32,000 nucleotides of DNA from an uncultured archaeon (GCA_964577555.1 CAZNZM010000008.1:1-32000), one strand, 5' to 3'; shown: positions 8,191 through 19,337, counted from the stretch's first letter. Notes: a model not told the origin generated them from the letters alone. A program made the numbers and translations.

Positions 8191-10386
8191 TTATTCAAGG
8201 AAGTAGCTTGCCGGTTTGATTTCAGCATCCATGCCTTTTCTTTTTCTTATTTCAGCAATAGTGTTTTTTTGCAATTCTCTTGGTAGGACTTCATAGCCTG
8301 CGTATTCTGCAGTCCATAGAACCCTGCCTTGGGTTGCACCCCTGATGCTTGCTGAAAAACCTATCAGTTCTTTTACCGGCGCTTTTCCGATTATTACGCT
8401 GCTATCCCCTTCTTGTCTCATTTCAATGATTTGGGTTCTTCTTGCTCCAAGTTCTTTTGAAACCGCTCCAAGGAAGTTTTCAGGCGCGGTTATTGTCAAT
8501 AATTGCTTTGGTTCAAGGAGTACAGGGTCTGCTGAAAGCATGCATGCATAAATTCCTTTTGTTACTGTTGGCAACATTTGTGCAGGACCCCGGTGTATTG
8601 CATCTTCGTGCAAAAGAGCATCTTCAAGTATAACCATTACCCCTTGGCATTTCTCTTTTGCAAGAGGTCCTTGGTCCATTGCATCCATGAATCCTTGTAT
8701 TACCAACTCCCTTATTTCAAATAACGCTTCAATTCCTCTTGTAGCATCTACCAACACGTTGTTGTTATGCACTGCCCAAATTCTTTTTGATAGTTCGTTG
8801 TCAAAACCACATTCTTGGAACATTGCCCATTTTTCTTTGTCTTTCGGTTTTACTTTTCCATCAAAATGCGTTTTTACCAGTTTTTCAAAAATTTCTTTTT
8901 TGATTGGTTCGACTCTCATTTGAAGTTTGTTGTGTTTATTAGGGCTTTTGGATTCAAGTGTTGGCGAAGCTTTGTTTATTGTTTCATGATATACTACTAT
9001 TGGTGGCGAGACTGTAACAGGTATGTTGTGCCCTTTTTCAATTCTGTATTGGTTGATTTCAAGGTGAAGTTCTCCCATTCCTGAAAGCAGGTGTTCTCCG
9101 GTTTCTTGGTTTATTGTTGCTTTCAAATTTGGGTCTTCTTTTGAAAGTTGCCTAAGCGTTTCAATGAGCCTTGGCAGGTCTTTAGTGTTTTTTGCTTCAA
9201 TTGAAACTGTTATTACTGGTTCAACTTCAGTCATGAAGCTTTCAAACGGTTTCATTTCAGGATCTGAAGAAATCGTTTCTCCAGCATAAACTTCTTTTAA
9301 TCCGACTATTGCGGCGATGTTTCCAGCAGGTATTTCGCTTACTTCTACAAAGTCCGGACCCATGAAAAGCCCTGCTTTTTGTATTTGTGCATCTTTTTGC
9401 AAACCTATGAGCCTTACTTTCATTCCCTTTGTTACTTTGCCAGAATAAACCCTGCCTGTTGCAATGTCCCCCGAGTGTTTGTCAACGCTTACATCAGTAA
9501 CCATCATTGAAAATACTCCATTTTCGGATGCTCCCACCATTGCCTTGCCGATTTCGCTTTCCATGTCGCCTTTCCATATTATTGGCATTCTGTATTGTTG
9601 AGCTTGCAATGGATTTGGAAGATGGTTTATAACCATTTCGAAAATGGCGTCAGACAACTTAGTTTTTTTTGAAAGTTCTTTTTGTTTGTCTTCTTTTAAG
9701 TATTTGAAAACATCGGCAAAAGTGATTCCATTCACATCCATTCTTGGCTTGGATATTGCCCATTTATTATATGCGCTTCCAAAGGTTACTGAACCATTTT
9801 GTACTTTCACTGTCCATTCGTCGGCAAATTTTTCAGGAGCATTTTTCTTTATGAGTGAATTGACTTGGATTATGACTTTGATAAACCTTTCCTGCATTTG
9901 CTTTTCGTCAAGTTGAAGTTCGTTGATTAGCCTGTCAACTTTGTTTATGAAAAGCACGGGCTTTACATACTCTCTCAGAGCTTGCCTGATCACGGTTTCA
10001 GTTTGCGGCATTACTCCTTCAACAGCATCTACAACAAGAATGACTCCGTCAACAGCTCTCATTGCCCTAATGACTTCCCCGCCAAAGTCAACATGGCCCG
10101 GAGTGTCAATCAGATTTACCAAATAGTCTTCGTTTTTGTAATTATGCAAAAGCGAAATATTTGCTGCGTTTATTGTTATTCCTCTTGCCTGCTCTTGGTC
10201 TTCAAAATCCATTACTCTTTGTTGTCCAGCCAATTCTTCGCTCATCAGCCCTGAAGCCGCTATAAGCGAATCCGCAAGAGTTGATTTTCCGTGATCAATG
10301 TGTGCCACTATTCCCATGTTTCTGATGTTTTTTCTGTTATTCATTAGGTTTGCGGCAAGTTTTACAATGTCCTCTTTTTTAGCCAT
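8191..10386 (-). CDS. fusA: Translation elongation factor 2 (EF-2)
   Basis: MGIVAHIDHGKSTLADSLIAASG...NLIDTPGHVDFGGEV...LLHEDAIHRGPAQ; full length 731 aa. Confidence 0.97.
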   Translation of the reverse strand: MAKKEDIVKLAANLMNNRKNIRNMGIVAHIDHGKSTLADSLIAASGLMSEELAGQQRVMDFEDQEQARGITINAANISLLHNYKNEDYLVNLIDTPGHVDFGGEVIRAMRAVDGVILVVDAVEGVMPQTETVIRQALREYVKPVLFINKVDRLINELQLDEKQMQERFIKVIIQVNSLIKKNAPEKFADEWTVKVQNGSVTFGSAYNKWAISKPRMDVNGITFADVFKYLKEDKQKELSKKTKLSDAIFEMVINHLPNPLQAQQYRMPIIWKGDMESEIGKAMVGASENGVFSMMVTDVSVDKHSGDIATGRVYSGKVTKGMKVRLIGLQKDAQIQKAGLFMGPDFVEVSEIPAGNIAAIVGLKEVYAGETISSDPEMKPFESFMTEVEPVITVSIEAKNTKDLPRLIETLRQLSKEDPNLKATINQETGEHLLSGMGELHLEINQYRIEKGHNIPVTVSPPIVVYHETINKASPTLESKSPNKHNKLQMRVEPIKKEIFEKLVKTHFDGKVKPKDKEKWAMFQECGFDNELSKRIWAVHNNNVLVDATRGIEALFEIRELVIQGFMDAMDQGPLAKEKCQGVMVILEDALLHEDAIHRGPAQMLPTVTKGIYACMLSADPVLLEPKQLLTITAPENFLGAVSKELGARRTQIIEMRQEGDSSVIIGKAPVKELIGFSASIRGATQGRVLWTAEYAGYEVLPRELQKNTIAEIRKRKGMDAEIKPASYFLE

Positions 10387-10403
10387 ATAAAATCACAATT
10401 TTT

Positions 10404-11024
10404 TTATCTTGAAGCTTTGGCAATTCTTTCAACTTCGTCGCGTCTCCTCACGCTGTAGCTTGTATTGTCCTCTACTGAAGCCGCAATAAGCTCTTTTGCA
10501 AGCGCTTCCGCAGCCGAAGTTTTGTTGTTGAACGAGCCTTGGAATGCTGCAAGTGCTATGTTTTTTAGAGCTTCATCAACTTTCTTTAATGGTGCTACAT
10601 CCACAGAAACAGTATAATATACTCCGCCTCTTTGTATTCTTGTAGTGTCTTCCCTTGGCCCAGCATTTTGAATTGCATCAATCAAAACCTGAATAGGGTT
10701 TTTTCCAGTTCTTTTTTCCACAAGGTCAAAGGCTTCTTCCACAATATGCATTGCTTGGATTTTTTTTCCGCATGAACCCCTGCCTCTTATAAATTTTCCA
10801 GACAATTTTCTTTTTCCTTGGCCAGTTCTCATTATTTTGTTGATGAGCCTCTCAACTACGCTCAATTTTCCTTTTTCAAACCTTTTTCTTGTTTTTTTTC
10901 CAAAAGTATGCGGTATTTTTTTGCTTTCAACGCTTACGTATTTTTGAAGACTTGAATCTTTTATCACCACTTCGGCGGGATCCCATTTTCCAAAAACTAA
11001 TGCAGTGGTTGGTTTTTCAGACAT
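10404..11024 (-). CDS. rps7: 30S ribosomal protein S7 (uS7)
   Basis: KRFEKGKLSVVERLINKIMRTGQGKRKLSGKFIRG...ALKNIALAAFQGSFNNKTSAAEALAKELIAAS; ATG 11024 (MSEKPTT) preferred over the longer ORF start at 11090, which overlaps rps12. Confidence 0.93.
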   Translation of the reverse strand: MSEKPTTALVFGKWDPAEVVIKDSSLQKYVSVESKKIPHTFGKKTRKRFEKGKLSVVERLINKIMRTGQGKRKLSGKFIRGRGSCGKKIQAMHIVEEAFDLVEKRTGKNPIQVLIDAIQNAGPREDTTRIQRGGVYYTVSVDVAPLKKVDEALKNIALAAFQGSFNNKTSAAEALAKELIAASVEDNTSYSVRRRDEVERIAKASR

Positions 11025-11028
11025 TTGA

Positions 11029-11460
11029 TTACCTCTTGACTTTCTCTTTCTTTCCAGTGCGGAGCTGTTGCAAGGCAACTCCATTAACATGCGTTACCCT
11101 GTATTTTACCCCCCAAAGATCTCCTTTAGGGCCTCCTTGTGCTCCGCCTATTCCTTCAACAATTACTTCGTCGTGTTCTTCAATGAAAGTGATTGCCTTG
11201 TCTTTAGGAGCCAATGCAGTTAATTGTCTTCCGTTTTTTATGAGTTGAACCCTTACACATTTTCTTATTCCGGAATTAGGTTGTTTTGCTTCAACCCCGC
11301 GTTTTTCAATAACAATGCCTCTTGCCTGTGGCGCGCCTTCAATAAGTTCCTTCTTATATTTACCCATGCGCTTCTTCATTTTTTTGACATACCTTTCGTC
11401 TTTTTTATTCCATTTTTTTCTTTTCTTTTCAAGACTTCTTGCAGAAAATTCTCCTGCCAT
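11029..11460 (-). CDS. rps12: 30S ribosomal protein S12 (uS12)
   Basis: [46 protein letters not shown]...[18 protein letters not shown]. Confidence 0.96.
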   Translation of the reverse strand: MAGEFSARSLEKKRKKWNKKDERYVKKMKKRMGKYKKELIEGAPQARGIVIEKRGVEAKQPNSGIRKCVRVQLIKNGRQLTALAPKDKAITFIEEHDEVIVEGIGGAQGGPKGDLWGVKYRVTHVNGVALQQLRTGKKEKVKR

Positions 11461-11464
11461 TCTT

Positions 11465-11866
11465 TCACCTTATTCTAACTTCATCAATCCCGTAATTTCT
11501 TTTTGCCAATTCCTTAACTTTTTTCAATCTATTAAAATTCCTAAGTATGATTTTTTTTCCTTCGGCATCCGTTTTCACGAATGCTACTTTTTTTTCATTT
11601 ATTTTTTTTATTTCCACTTTTTCAATTTTTGACCTGAAAAACGCTTTTTTAAGGAAATCCTCCGGTTTTTCAACATATTCAAAAAGCTCAACTTTTTTAT
11701 TTATTTTTTTGATGTGTTTTTCTACAGTCGATCCGTTTTTTCCTATTGCTTTCTTCATGTATTTTTCAGGTATGAGAAAAACAACGCCATCTTTGCTTAT
11801 GACGCAGTCTTTCGCAGTAACTCTTGCAATATTGTCAAGAGTATTAATCATTTGTATTTGTTCCAT
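11465..11866 (-). CDS. nusA: NusA-like KH-domain protein
   Basis: KH-like [37 protein letters not shown]; position between rpl30e and rps12 is the conserved archaeal order. ATG 11866 (or GTG 11878). Confidence 0.85.
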   Translation of the reverse strand: MEQIQMINTLDNIARVTAKDCVISKDGVVFLIPEKYMKKAIGKNGSTVEKHIKKINKKVELFEYVEKPEDFLKKAFFRSKIEKVEIKKINEKKVAFVKTDAEGKKIILRNFNRLKKVKELAKRNYGIDEVRIR

Positions 11867-11882
11867 CCCGAGTTCCACGAAA

Positions 11883-12188
11883 TCACTTCTTTATTGAGTC
11901 AAGAACTTTTGAATTTCCTTGGTCCTCAATCACCATTGCATTTATTGTAAAAGGTTTTCCGCAGACATTGCCAAGTTCTATTGCCGTGCCTGAAAATGGC
12001 AATACTGGCGTATTGGCTGTTTCCGCAAACAAAACCAGCTTTTCTTTTGCCAGTTTCGGGATGTTACCTGCAATTATCAATAACTTTGCATTACCTTTTT
12101 TAAGACTTTTCTCTGAGCCTTTTGTTCCGAAAACCACTTTGCCAGTATCAACTGCGCGCCTTATTTCCTTTGTTATATCAATTGCCAT
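11883..12188 (-). CDS. rpl30e: Ribosomal protein L30e (eL30)
   Basis: ITKEIRRAVDTGKVVFGTKGSEKSLKKGNAKLLIIAGNIPK; conserved location next to rpoA''. Confidence 0.9.
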   Translation of the reverse strand: MAIDITKEIRRAVDTGKVVFGTKGSEKSLKKGNAKLLIIAGNIPKLAKEKLVLFAETANTPVLPFSGTAIELGNVCGKPFTINAMVIEDQGNSKVLDSIKK

Positions 12189-12202
12189 AAAAACGCCCTT
12201 TT

Positions 12203-13399
12203 TTATTTTTTCATTACCAGGTTTACCCTTCCGGTTCCTACTTTTATTGGTTGTCCAACAATTATGTTTTCAACAACACCTTCAAGGTTTTCAAGTTCTC
12301 CTTTAAAGCTTGCGTCAAGCAAGTGTTTTACTGTTTCTTCAAACGCCGCTCTTGCAAATGGGCTTGACTTTTCTCTTGCAATTCCAGTTCTTACGATTCC
12401 TCTTATTTCACCATCCCAAGTCATGAGATCAGCCAAAAGCATTATGTGTCTTATGTCAACTGCTATGTTGTTTTCTTTTAAGACGTTGTGCAATTCGTTT
12501 ACAATTGCAATTCTGCCTGCTTCTATGCCAAGTACTTTGCTTATTTCCTTGATGTCGTTTGTGATTGTGCGCGAACCGTCAACCTCTGGAAGTTTGATGA
12601 TATTTTTGAGGTTGGTGCCTCTTGTTTTTATTACCGGCTCGTTTCCTTCTTTTGAAACAATTACCTTTTCTATTCCTCTTATTCCTTGTATCCTAAGGTT
12701 TTTCATTTTATTTATTGTTCTCCTTATTTTGAGCAATGGCTCGTTTTTGAAAGTGTATTCATAAATATTTTTGTCTTTTTTCTTTCCTTCCTTTTTCATT
12801 TGTTTGTTTATTTTGTCAAGCAGTTCTTCAGTATTTACGTTTCTTGATTCTATCGCTTCCTCGTCAAATATTACTGTTACTTTTTGCACTTCAAGGTTTT
12901 CTTTTACTTTAATTACGTCGTCAATTCTTACATCAATCAATGTTTTTGCAAACAAATCAAGTTTTTTCGGGTCTTTTTTCAATGTTTCATCTGCAATATA
13001 AATAGTCATTGTAGGGTATTTTGCCTTGCTTCTGCCGTCAACAATTTCTTCAACTCTTTGTATTCCAGAACCAACCGAAACTTCTGCAGCTCCAGCATAG
13101 TGCTTTGTTCTCAAAGTTAATTGGGTTCCTGGTTCGCCAAGGCTTTGTGCGGTGATTATTCCGACAGCTTCTCCGGGTTCCACTAAAATGTTTTCATAGT
13201 TTTTTATTATTTGTTCAATCAACTCTTTTTTTTCTTTCTCTTTAAGTTTCAATTCTTCTGAAGTGCTTTCAACTTCTTCAAGTATTTTTTTCGGGATGCT
13301 TTCTTCTTCAAAAAGCTCCCCTTCAGCGTAAATTCTCTTTATTTCTTCCTGTTTTTCTTCGGTTTTTTGCTGTTGTTTTTTTTCCTTTTTTTCCGCCAT
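12203..13399 (-). CDS. rpoA2: DNA-directed RNA polymerase subunit A''
   Basis: [50 protein letters not shown]...[38 protein letters not shown]; ATG at 13399. Confidence 0.95.
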   Translation of the reverse strand: MAEKKEKKQQQKTEEKQEEIKRIYAEGELFEEESIPKKILEEVESTSEELKLKEKEKKELIEQIIKNYENILVEPGEAVGIITAQSLGEPGTQLTLRTKHYAGAAEVSVGSGIQRVEEIVDGRSKAKYPTMTIYIADETLKKDPKKLDLFAKTLIDVRIDDVIKVKENLEVQKVTVIFDEEAIESRNVNTEELLDKINKQMKKEGKKKDKNIYEYTFKNEPLLKIRRTINKMKNLRIQGIRGIEKVIVSKEGNEPVIKTRGTNLKNIIKLPEVDGSRTITNDIKEISKVLGIEAGRIAIVNELHNVLKENNIAVDIRHIMLLADLMTWDGEIRGIVRTGIAREKSSPFARAAFEETVKHLLDASFKGELENLEGVVENIIVGQPIKVGTGRVNLVMKK

Positions 13400-13412
13400 A
13401 AAAACCAATTCC

Positions 13413-16025
13413 TCATTTGCTTTTCAATTTTTCAATTTCCCTTTTGATTGAAATTCCTTTTCCTTTGAAAGTTTTTTCTGGGAATATTCCGTCTTCCCCG
13501 TATTTGAATTGCACTATGTTTTTGTTGGCTGTTCTAACAGTGCCATCATTGTTAACCACCAAATCTTTTAGGGAGTTTGCAAGCCTTCTGTAAAGATACC
13601 CTGAAACTTTTGTTGAAACGCCGGTGTCAACTTCTCCTTGCCTTCCACCCATTGCATGATAAAAGTGTTCGTAACTTGTCATTCCTTCCATAAAGTTATG
13701 TCCTATGAATCCGCCTGCATCAATTCCGACGTCTCCTCTTTTATTAAGTGCAATAAGCCTTTTCTTGAACCCTCTTTTTGGCCTTCCTTCCCTTACCGAT
13801 GCCTGGCCCCACATTCCGGAGAGGTTAGTAAGGTTTACAGTGCTTCCTCTTGAACCTGACAATATCATGATGCTTGAATTCAATTCAGGTTCTTCCGAAG
13901 CAACATTTTCTATAATTTCTTTAAGAATATGTTTTTGCACTTTGTCTTTTGCAGATGCGGCTAATCTCATCATTCCTATTTCAAAGCTTTCTTCAAGAGT
14001 CCTGCCTGGAATTATTTCAAGGTTGCCTTTTTGCATTTTTTTCACAAGCTCTTTTGCATTTTCTTTCATTTCACTAACCGCTTTTTCCCTTATACTAATA
14101 GTTTTAGGGCTAGGAGTGTATTCTTCAAGGCTGACGGTCATGCCTTTTATTGTTATTAGAGTTGTCACCACTTTTGAAACCCTGTCATAAAAATTTGTTA
14201 TTACTTCAAGCGGATAATCACGTACAAGCGCGTCAATCAGTTTTCCCTTTCCCTCGCCAAGGCTCATTGAATCAATGACTCCGCTTTTAAGCACACCGTT
14301 TTCAATTTTGACTATTAAATCGTTTTTATACGGTTCTTTTAGCAAAGGGTGGTTTTCATCAAGGTTTTCTATGTGAGAGTACATTCTTGTTTTGTATTCC
14401 ATGTTCAAGTCTTTTGGCAAAAGTTGTGAGAAAATAAGTTTTCCTGTGTATCTTCCTTTTGGCGCGTCCGGTTCAGGCGGATCTGTTATTCCTAAAACTT
14501 GGAAAAACCTGAAAGCTTCTTCCCTGTCAAAAGTGGTTTGTTTCATTGTAAGTATAAAGCAACCTGACACTCCATCTTCATCAAATATTATGACTGGCGC
14601 TCCGTGTCTTGGGGAAATTATTTGTTTATTGATCAGCATTAGTTCCGATGCTTCGGCTATTCCTTCAGGAGTTTGAGGAACATGCATGTTCATTTCGTCT
14701 CCGTCAAAGTCTGCATTGTATGGCTTGCACACAATAGGATTCATCCTGAATGTTTTGCCTTTCATCACTTTGACTTTGTGAGCCATCATTGACAATCTGT
14801 GCAAGCTTGGCTGTCTGTTGAAAAGCACGATGTCTCCGTCTTTCAGTTTTCTTTCAACTTTCCAACCAGGCGCAAGTTCTGAAATAATCGATTCCATGTT
14901 TATATCCACTACTTTTTTTCTCATTCCATCAGGCCTGACAACGTATATTGCCTTGCCCTTTTTTACGAGTGCTTTGAGTTCTTCAATATTTTGTGCAGTA
15001 ACAATTTCAGGCACTGTCATGTTTTCTGCAACTTCTTCTGGCACACCAAGTTCTGTAATTGAAATGTTCGGGTCTGGCGTTATTATTGACCTTGCCGCAA
15101 AATTGACTCTTTTTCCTGTCAGGTTATACCTGAATCTTCCTTTTTTTCCTTGCAACCTTTGTACAAGCGTTCTCAAAGCCCTACCGCTTCTGTGTTTTGC
15201 CGGAGGAACCCCCGCAGTGTTGTTGTTGAAATAGGTTGTTACATGGTATTGCAACAAATCCCAAAGATCTTCAATTATTAATTGCGGCGCCCCCGCGTCA
15301 ATGTTGTCTTTTAACCTTAAATTAATCCTAATGATATCCACGAGTTTGTGTGTCAAATCGTCTTCGCTTTTTATTCCTGATTCAAGCGTAATGCTTGGCC
15401 TTATGTTGATTGGAGGAACTTGCAAAACCGTCAGCACAAACCATTCAGGCCTTAACTTGCCTTTTTCATACCCAAAAAATTCAAGGTCCTTGTCCGGAAT
15501 TTTTTCCACCCACTCCCTGATTTGAGTAGGATAAATTCTGTCTTTGTCAATGTAAAAATTGGTCGGCTTGTCAAGAGTAACCAGTTTTCTTTCTTTACCG
15601 CAATGCGGACACTTTTTTTGTTTTTTTGTCCTCAACAAAATCTTTTTTTCAATGTCAATTGAAGTATCGCCAATAAAAGGTGCTAATTGTTCGAGTTTGT
15701 CGTCAGGCATTGCTATTCTGCCGCATGATTCGCACGTAGCCTGCATCAATATCTCAAGTTTTTTTCCGAATTCCGAATGACATACAGGCCTTACAAGTTC
15801 AATGTGTCCGAAATGTCCGGGGCATTTTTTCATAGTGTTGCCGCAGGTTTTGCACCTCAATCCGGGGTTTATTACTCCCAAATGATTGTCCATTAAACCG
15901 CCTTCCATTGGAAAGCCATCCTTGTCATAAGTTTCCGGGCTTTTGATTTCAATGGCTGACATTTTTCTAATCATTTCAGGAGAAAGTATTCTGAATTCAA
16001 TTGCCTTTATTCTTTTTGTCAACAT
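13413..16025 (-). CDS. rpoA1: DNA-directed RNA polymerase subunit A'
   Basis: [15 protein letters not shown] active-site motif; [17 protein letters not shown] zinc motif; 870 aa. Confidence 0.97.
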   Translation of the reverse strand: MLTKRIKAIEFRILSPEMIRKMSAIEIKSPETYDKDGFPMEGGLMDNHLGVINPGLRCKTCGNTMKKCPGHFGHIELVRPVCHSEFGKKLEILMQATCESCGRIAMPDDKLEQLAPFIGDTSIDIEKKILLRTKKQKKCPHCGKERKLVTLDKPTNFYIDKDRIYPTQIREWVEKIPDKDLEFFGYEKGKLRPEWFVLTVLQVPPINIRPSITLESGIKSEDDLTHKLVDIIRINLRLKDNIDAGAPQLIIEDLWDLLQYHVTTYFNNNTAGVPPAKHRSGRALRTLVQRLQGKKGRFRYNLTGKRVNFAARSIITPDPNISITELGVPEEVAENMTVPEIVTAQNIEELKALVKKGKAIYVVRPDGMRKKVVDINMESIISELAPGWKVERKLKDGDIVLFNRQPSLHRLSMMAHKVKVMKGKTFRMNPIVCKPYNADFDGDEMNMHVPQTPEGIAEASELMLINKQIISPRHGAPVIIFDEDGVSGCFILTMKQTTFDREEAFRFFQVLGITDPPEPDAPKGRYTGKLIFSQLLPKDLNMEYKTRMYSHIENLDENHPLLKEPYKNDLIVKIENGVLKSGVIDSMSLGEGKGKLIDALVRDYPLEVITNFYDRVSKVVTTLITIKGMTVSLEEYTPSPKTISIREKAVSEMKENAKELVKKMQKGNLEIIPGRTLEESFEIGMMRLAASAKDKVQKHILKEIIENVASEEPELNSSIMILSGSRGSTVNLTNLSGMWGQASVREGRPKRGFKKRLIALNKRGDVGIDAGGFIGHNFMEGMTSYEHFYHAMGGRQGEVDTGVSTKVSGYLYRRLANSLKDLVVNNDGTVRTANKNIVQFKYGEDGIFPEKTFKGKGISIKREIEKLKSK

Positions 16026-16028
16026 TTT

Positions 16029-17858
16029 TTACACCTTGTCCGACAGTATAAGCTTTGGATAAACGCCGAGAGCTTTAAGTTCATCAAGCAACAATTTAAA
16101 CCCATAACTCATTTCAACAGGATAAATCTTTGAATCGTTTGCTTCAAGTACCCTTTTTGTCTTTCTTATTTGATCTTCAAACCCTATTACTCCTGCTGTT
16201 TCCGAAACCCACATTATAACCTTGTCAGAATCATCAATGAATTTCTCTTGCAACAGCATTGCGGCTCCGTGTCCAACAAGTGTTTCGCCTTCCATTTCAC
16301 CAAACCTCAATCCGCCTTCTTTTTCCTTTCCTTCGGTTGGTTGCCTTGTAAGTATTTGCACAGGCCCTCTTGACCTTGATTGTATTTTGTGAGCAGTCAT
16401 GTGGAAGAGCCTTCTGTAAGCAACAATCCCAGTAAAAATTTCCCCTTCAATTCTCTTTCCTGTTGTGCCATCATAAAAAACCTCGCGGCCGTTTTTCTTC
16501 AACCCCGCATCCAAAAGAATTTTTTCAATTTGTTCTTTTGGCGTTCCATTGAATGGCGTGCCGTCTATTTGCATCGCCTTCATTGCAGCAGCTTTACCAC
16601 CAAGCATTTCAAGCAAGTGACCAATTGTCATTCTTGAAGGCACCGAGTGAGGATTAAGTATCAAATCTGGTTTTATGCCATCAGCAGTAAAAGGCATGTC
16701 TTCTTCAGGCACAATCAACCCAACTACCCCTTTTTGTCCATGCTCAGAACTGAACTTATCGCCAAGTTGCGGAATTCTCTCGCTTCTTATTTTTACTTTC
16801 ACCATTCTGTTTCCTGATTCGGCTTCGGTGACAAATACTTTATCCACAAAACCTTCCTTTCCCTTTCTTATAGTGACACTTGCTTCCCTTCTTTTCTCCT
16901 GAACCACGCCAAACTCGTTTATTTCTTCCAAAAATCTTGGAGGGCTTGTCTTGCCTATAATAACATTGTTCTCGCCAACCCAAGATTCAAGGTGTATAAG
17001 ACCATCCTCGCCAAGGTTCTTGTATGCATCTTCACCCAAATGCCCGACAGTATCAATTGGCGGTATTTCAAATCTGTCTATTTGCCCGCCAGGATACCTG
17101 TTTTCCGAGCTTTCATAAGTCCTAAAATAACTGCTTCTTCCAAGCCCCCTGTCAACAGCACCCTTGTTCAACACCACAGCATCCAAAATATTGTAACCAT
17201 AATAAGGCATTATAGCGACTACAAAATTTTGATTTATCGGCCTTTTATTCAAACCAAGCAAATCCATTGTCTTGGTTTTAACAAGGGATTTTTGTGGATA
17301 ATAAAGCAAAAAACCTTCAGTGTCTGTTCTCAAATTGAAATTTGCCGCTCCAAATCCTTGGGCCTGCTTGAACATTTTGGCTCCATGCAATGATTTTCCA
17401 GCCATGTTATGTTCCACATAAGGTATCATTGAAGTTATGATGCTCAATATTGCCGCGCCGTTTATTTCACAATGAGTATGCTCTTTGGTTATATCAGCAG
17501 GAGTAGCAGCTATTAATGCATTTTCCTCTTCTTCAGCGTCAAGATATTCTATAAACCCGTTTTCAACAAGGTTCTGCCAAGTCATTTTGCCTTCTTTTAC
17601 TTTATTTATTTCCTCTTGAGTAATCTTTAGTTTTCCGTTTTCAACAACAAGCAACGGCCTTTGCACTCTGCCTGCATCAGTGTTAATGTAAACTTCATTA
17701 GTGTCATCATGATAAGCTACATTAATTTGTTGTGAAAGCTTGTTCTCCCTCCTCCTTTCAATAATCGCTTTTACGAGTTTAAGAGGGTCATGATGAAAAC
17801 CTATAAGCCTTCCATTTATGTAAACTTTTGCGCTTTTTGCTTCAGAAACCATTGTCAT
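16029..17858 (-). CDS. rpoB1: DNA-directed RNA polymerase subunit B' (C-terminal half of split B)
   Basis: GDKFSSEHGQKGVVGLIVPEEDMPFTADGIKPDLILNPHSVPSRMTIGHLLEML...GGLRFGEMEGETLVGHGAAMLLQEKF; ATG at 17858 (GTG at 17861). Confidence 0.96.
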   Translation of the reverse strand: MTMVSEAKSAKVYINGRLIGFHHDPLKLVKAIIERRRENKLSQQINVAYHDDTNEVYINTDAGRVQRPLLVVENGKLKITQEEINKVKEGKMTWQNLVENGFIEYLDAEEEENALIAATPADITKEHTHCEINGAAILSIITSMIPYVEHNMAGKSLHGAKMFKQAQGFGAANFNLRTDTEGFLLYYPQKSLVKTKTMDLLGLNKRPINQNFVVAIMPYYGYNILDAVVLNKGAVDRGLGRSSYFRTYESSENRYPGGQIDRFEIPPIDTVGHLGEDAYKNLGEDGLIHLESWVGENNVIIGKTSPPRFLEEINEFGVVQEKRREASVTIRKGKEGFVDKVFVTEAESGNRMVKVKIRSERIPQLGDKFSSEHGQKGVVGLIVPEEDMPFTADGIKPDLILNPHSVPSRMTIGHLLEMLGGKAAAMKAMQIDGTPFNGTPKEQIEKILLDAGLKKNGREVFYDGTTGKRIEGEIFTGIVAYRRLFHMTAHKIQSRSRGPVQILTRQPTEGKEKEGGLRFGEMEGETLVGHGAAMLLQEKFIDDSDKVIMWVSETAGVIGFEDQIRKTKRVLEANDSKIYPVEMSYGFKLLLDELKALGVYPKLILSDKV

Positions 17859-17873
17859 CACTTTTCAATCCAA

Positions 17874-19337
17874 TCATTTCAACTTTACTCCCATTTCTTT
17901 CAAAAATTTTTCAACAGGTTCCTCTTCAACTTCAGTTGTGACTTCAGCAAGCATTGCAAGATTCTTGACCAAACCGCATTGAGGACCGTCAGGAGTTTCA
18001 ATAGGACAAAGCCTTCCCCAATGAGTGCCATGAACATCACGCGCTTCATAAAGCTCCCTGTTTTTATCCAACGGGCTTTTTACTTTTCTTAGATCAGTAA
18101 GCGGCGAAATATAATTGACTCTATCCATGAACTTTGAAACACCAGTGGCTCTGCCAATCCAATTGCCAGTGCTCATTGCAAATTTGATTCTTTCAGAAAC
18201 AGCGCCGGGCCTTACAATCGTTGAAATATTGAGTTTTCTTCTTCTTGTCACAGTTCTGTCAATTTGGAACTTCAAATCCTTGATAAAATACTTAAAACTA
18301 TACCTGAAAAGATGCTCCATCAATTTGCCTGAAAGTTCAAGCCTTTTATTTGCATAATGATCCTTGTCATCTTCGCCCCTCAATTTATACGCCCTTTCAA
18401 TCGCCTTTGTAGCCATCATTACAAGATAATAAGCTTTTGCAAGCCTTTGTTTGGAATCTTGCCCTATATGCGGCAATAAGAATGCATCAATTACTTCTTG
18501 GGCTCTTCTGAGCCTATACTCTTCTACTTGTCCAGGCGCAACGAATTTTCCTATTTTGTCAAGAGCTTCCTTTTCACTCTTCACCATCAAATTTTCAAGG
18601 TTTATAAGCACATCATTCTGTATTTCTTTTTGGTCAATAAACGCCTCTCTAATGCTTTGGCTGGATTTCAAACCCAACGCTTTCAACAAAACAAAAAGCT
18701 TCAATTTTCTTGGCGATGAAGGAAAAGTTACAGTCAATATTCCGTCAGGCGCCCTCATTATTCTCACTCTTCCCTTGAAAGCACCTCTCGTACTAATAAC
18801 TTCCGCCACAGTCTTATCAGTTTGCTCCGAAACTATGACTCTGTCAGACGCAAGGACCTCTTGAGTCATGAGAGCTTTTTCCGAGCCATTGATGATAAAG
18901 TACCCGCCAAAATCCATTGGGTCTTCGCCCATCTCAATAAGCTCTTCATCAGTCTTGCCGTCAAGCCAGCACAACTTTGACTTTAACATTACGGGCAATT
19001 CGCCTACATAAGTTTCTTTTCTGTCCTGCTCAACATCTCTTCTCAAAAGCTTCATAGTGAGATAAATAGGCGCGGAATAAGTTCTGTTTCTCATTCTTGC
19101 CTCCATTGGCAAAAACTTGTTTCTTGGGCTTCCATCAGCTTCCACAATTCTTGGCTTTTGTGTTACAATCTTTTCAAACTCAATCCTGACTTCCTCTATT
19201 TTTGGAGTAACCTCGTTGTTTTCATGAATAATTTCAGGCAATTTCTTTTCAACAAATTGGTTAAAAGAATCTATTTCCATTTGGCTAATTTTTCTATCCC
19301 TAAAATAAGCATCAATCAAACCCCAACCATCTATCAT
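17874..19337 (-). CDS. rpoB2: DNA-directed RNA polymerase subunit B'' (N-terminal half of split B)
   Basis: GYFIINGSEKALMTQEVLASDRVIV...HWGRLCPIETPDGPQCGLVKNLAMLA; 487 aa. Confidence 0.96.
   Translation of the reverse strand: MIDGWGLIDAYFRDRKISQMEIDSFNQFVEKKLPEIIHENNEVTPKIEEVRIEFEKIVTQKPRIVEADGSPRNKFLPMEARMRNRTYSAPIYLTMKLLRRDVEQDRKETYVGELPVMLKSKLCWLDGKTDEELIEMGEDPMDFGGYFIINGSEKALMTQEVLASDRVIVSEQTDKTVAEVISTRGAFKGRVRIMRAPDGILTVTFPSSPRKLKLFVLLKALGLKSSQSIREAFIDQKEIQNDVLINLENLMVKSEKEALDKIGKFVAPGQVEEYRLRRAQEVIDAFLLPHIGQDSKQRLAKAYYLVMMATKAIERAYKLRGEDDKDHYANKRLELSGKLMEHLFRYSFKYFIKDLKFQIDRTVTRRRKLNISTIVRPGAVSERIKFAMSTGNWIGRATGVSKFMDRVNYISPLTDLRKVKSPLDKNRELYEARDVHGTHWGRLCPIETPDGPQCGLVKNLAMLAEVTTEVEEEPVEKFLKEMGVKLK

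Noticed and set aside
7989-8219. Phe-rich ORF 7989..8219 and similar ORFs 7393..7599, 19783..20064, 19898..20308 as membrane proteins
   Set aside because: Runs of TTT in T tracts produce poly-Phe in any frame; no start context, no recognisable topology or domain.
8430-8700. Possible aberrant diphthamide loop in EF-2 (LHEDAIHRGPAQ)
   Set aside because: His-Arg-Gly with Pro-Ala-Gln is consistent with ordinary archaeal EF-2 sequences as I know them; no evidence of loss of the modified His.
17790-18092. Numerous plus-strand ORFs antisense to rpoA/rpoB/fusA (e.g. 13705..14190, 14818..15234, 18451..18864)
   Set aside because: They lie fully inside strongly conserved coding sequences on the other strand; translations are Ser/Phe-rich antisense artefacts.
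16029-19337. Split of RNA polymerase B into B'' and B' as a novelty
   Set aside because: Splitting of rpoB is well known in several archaeal lineages; the 12-nt gap and conserved order look normal.
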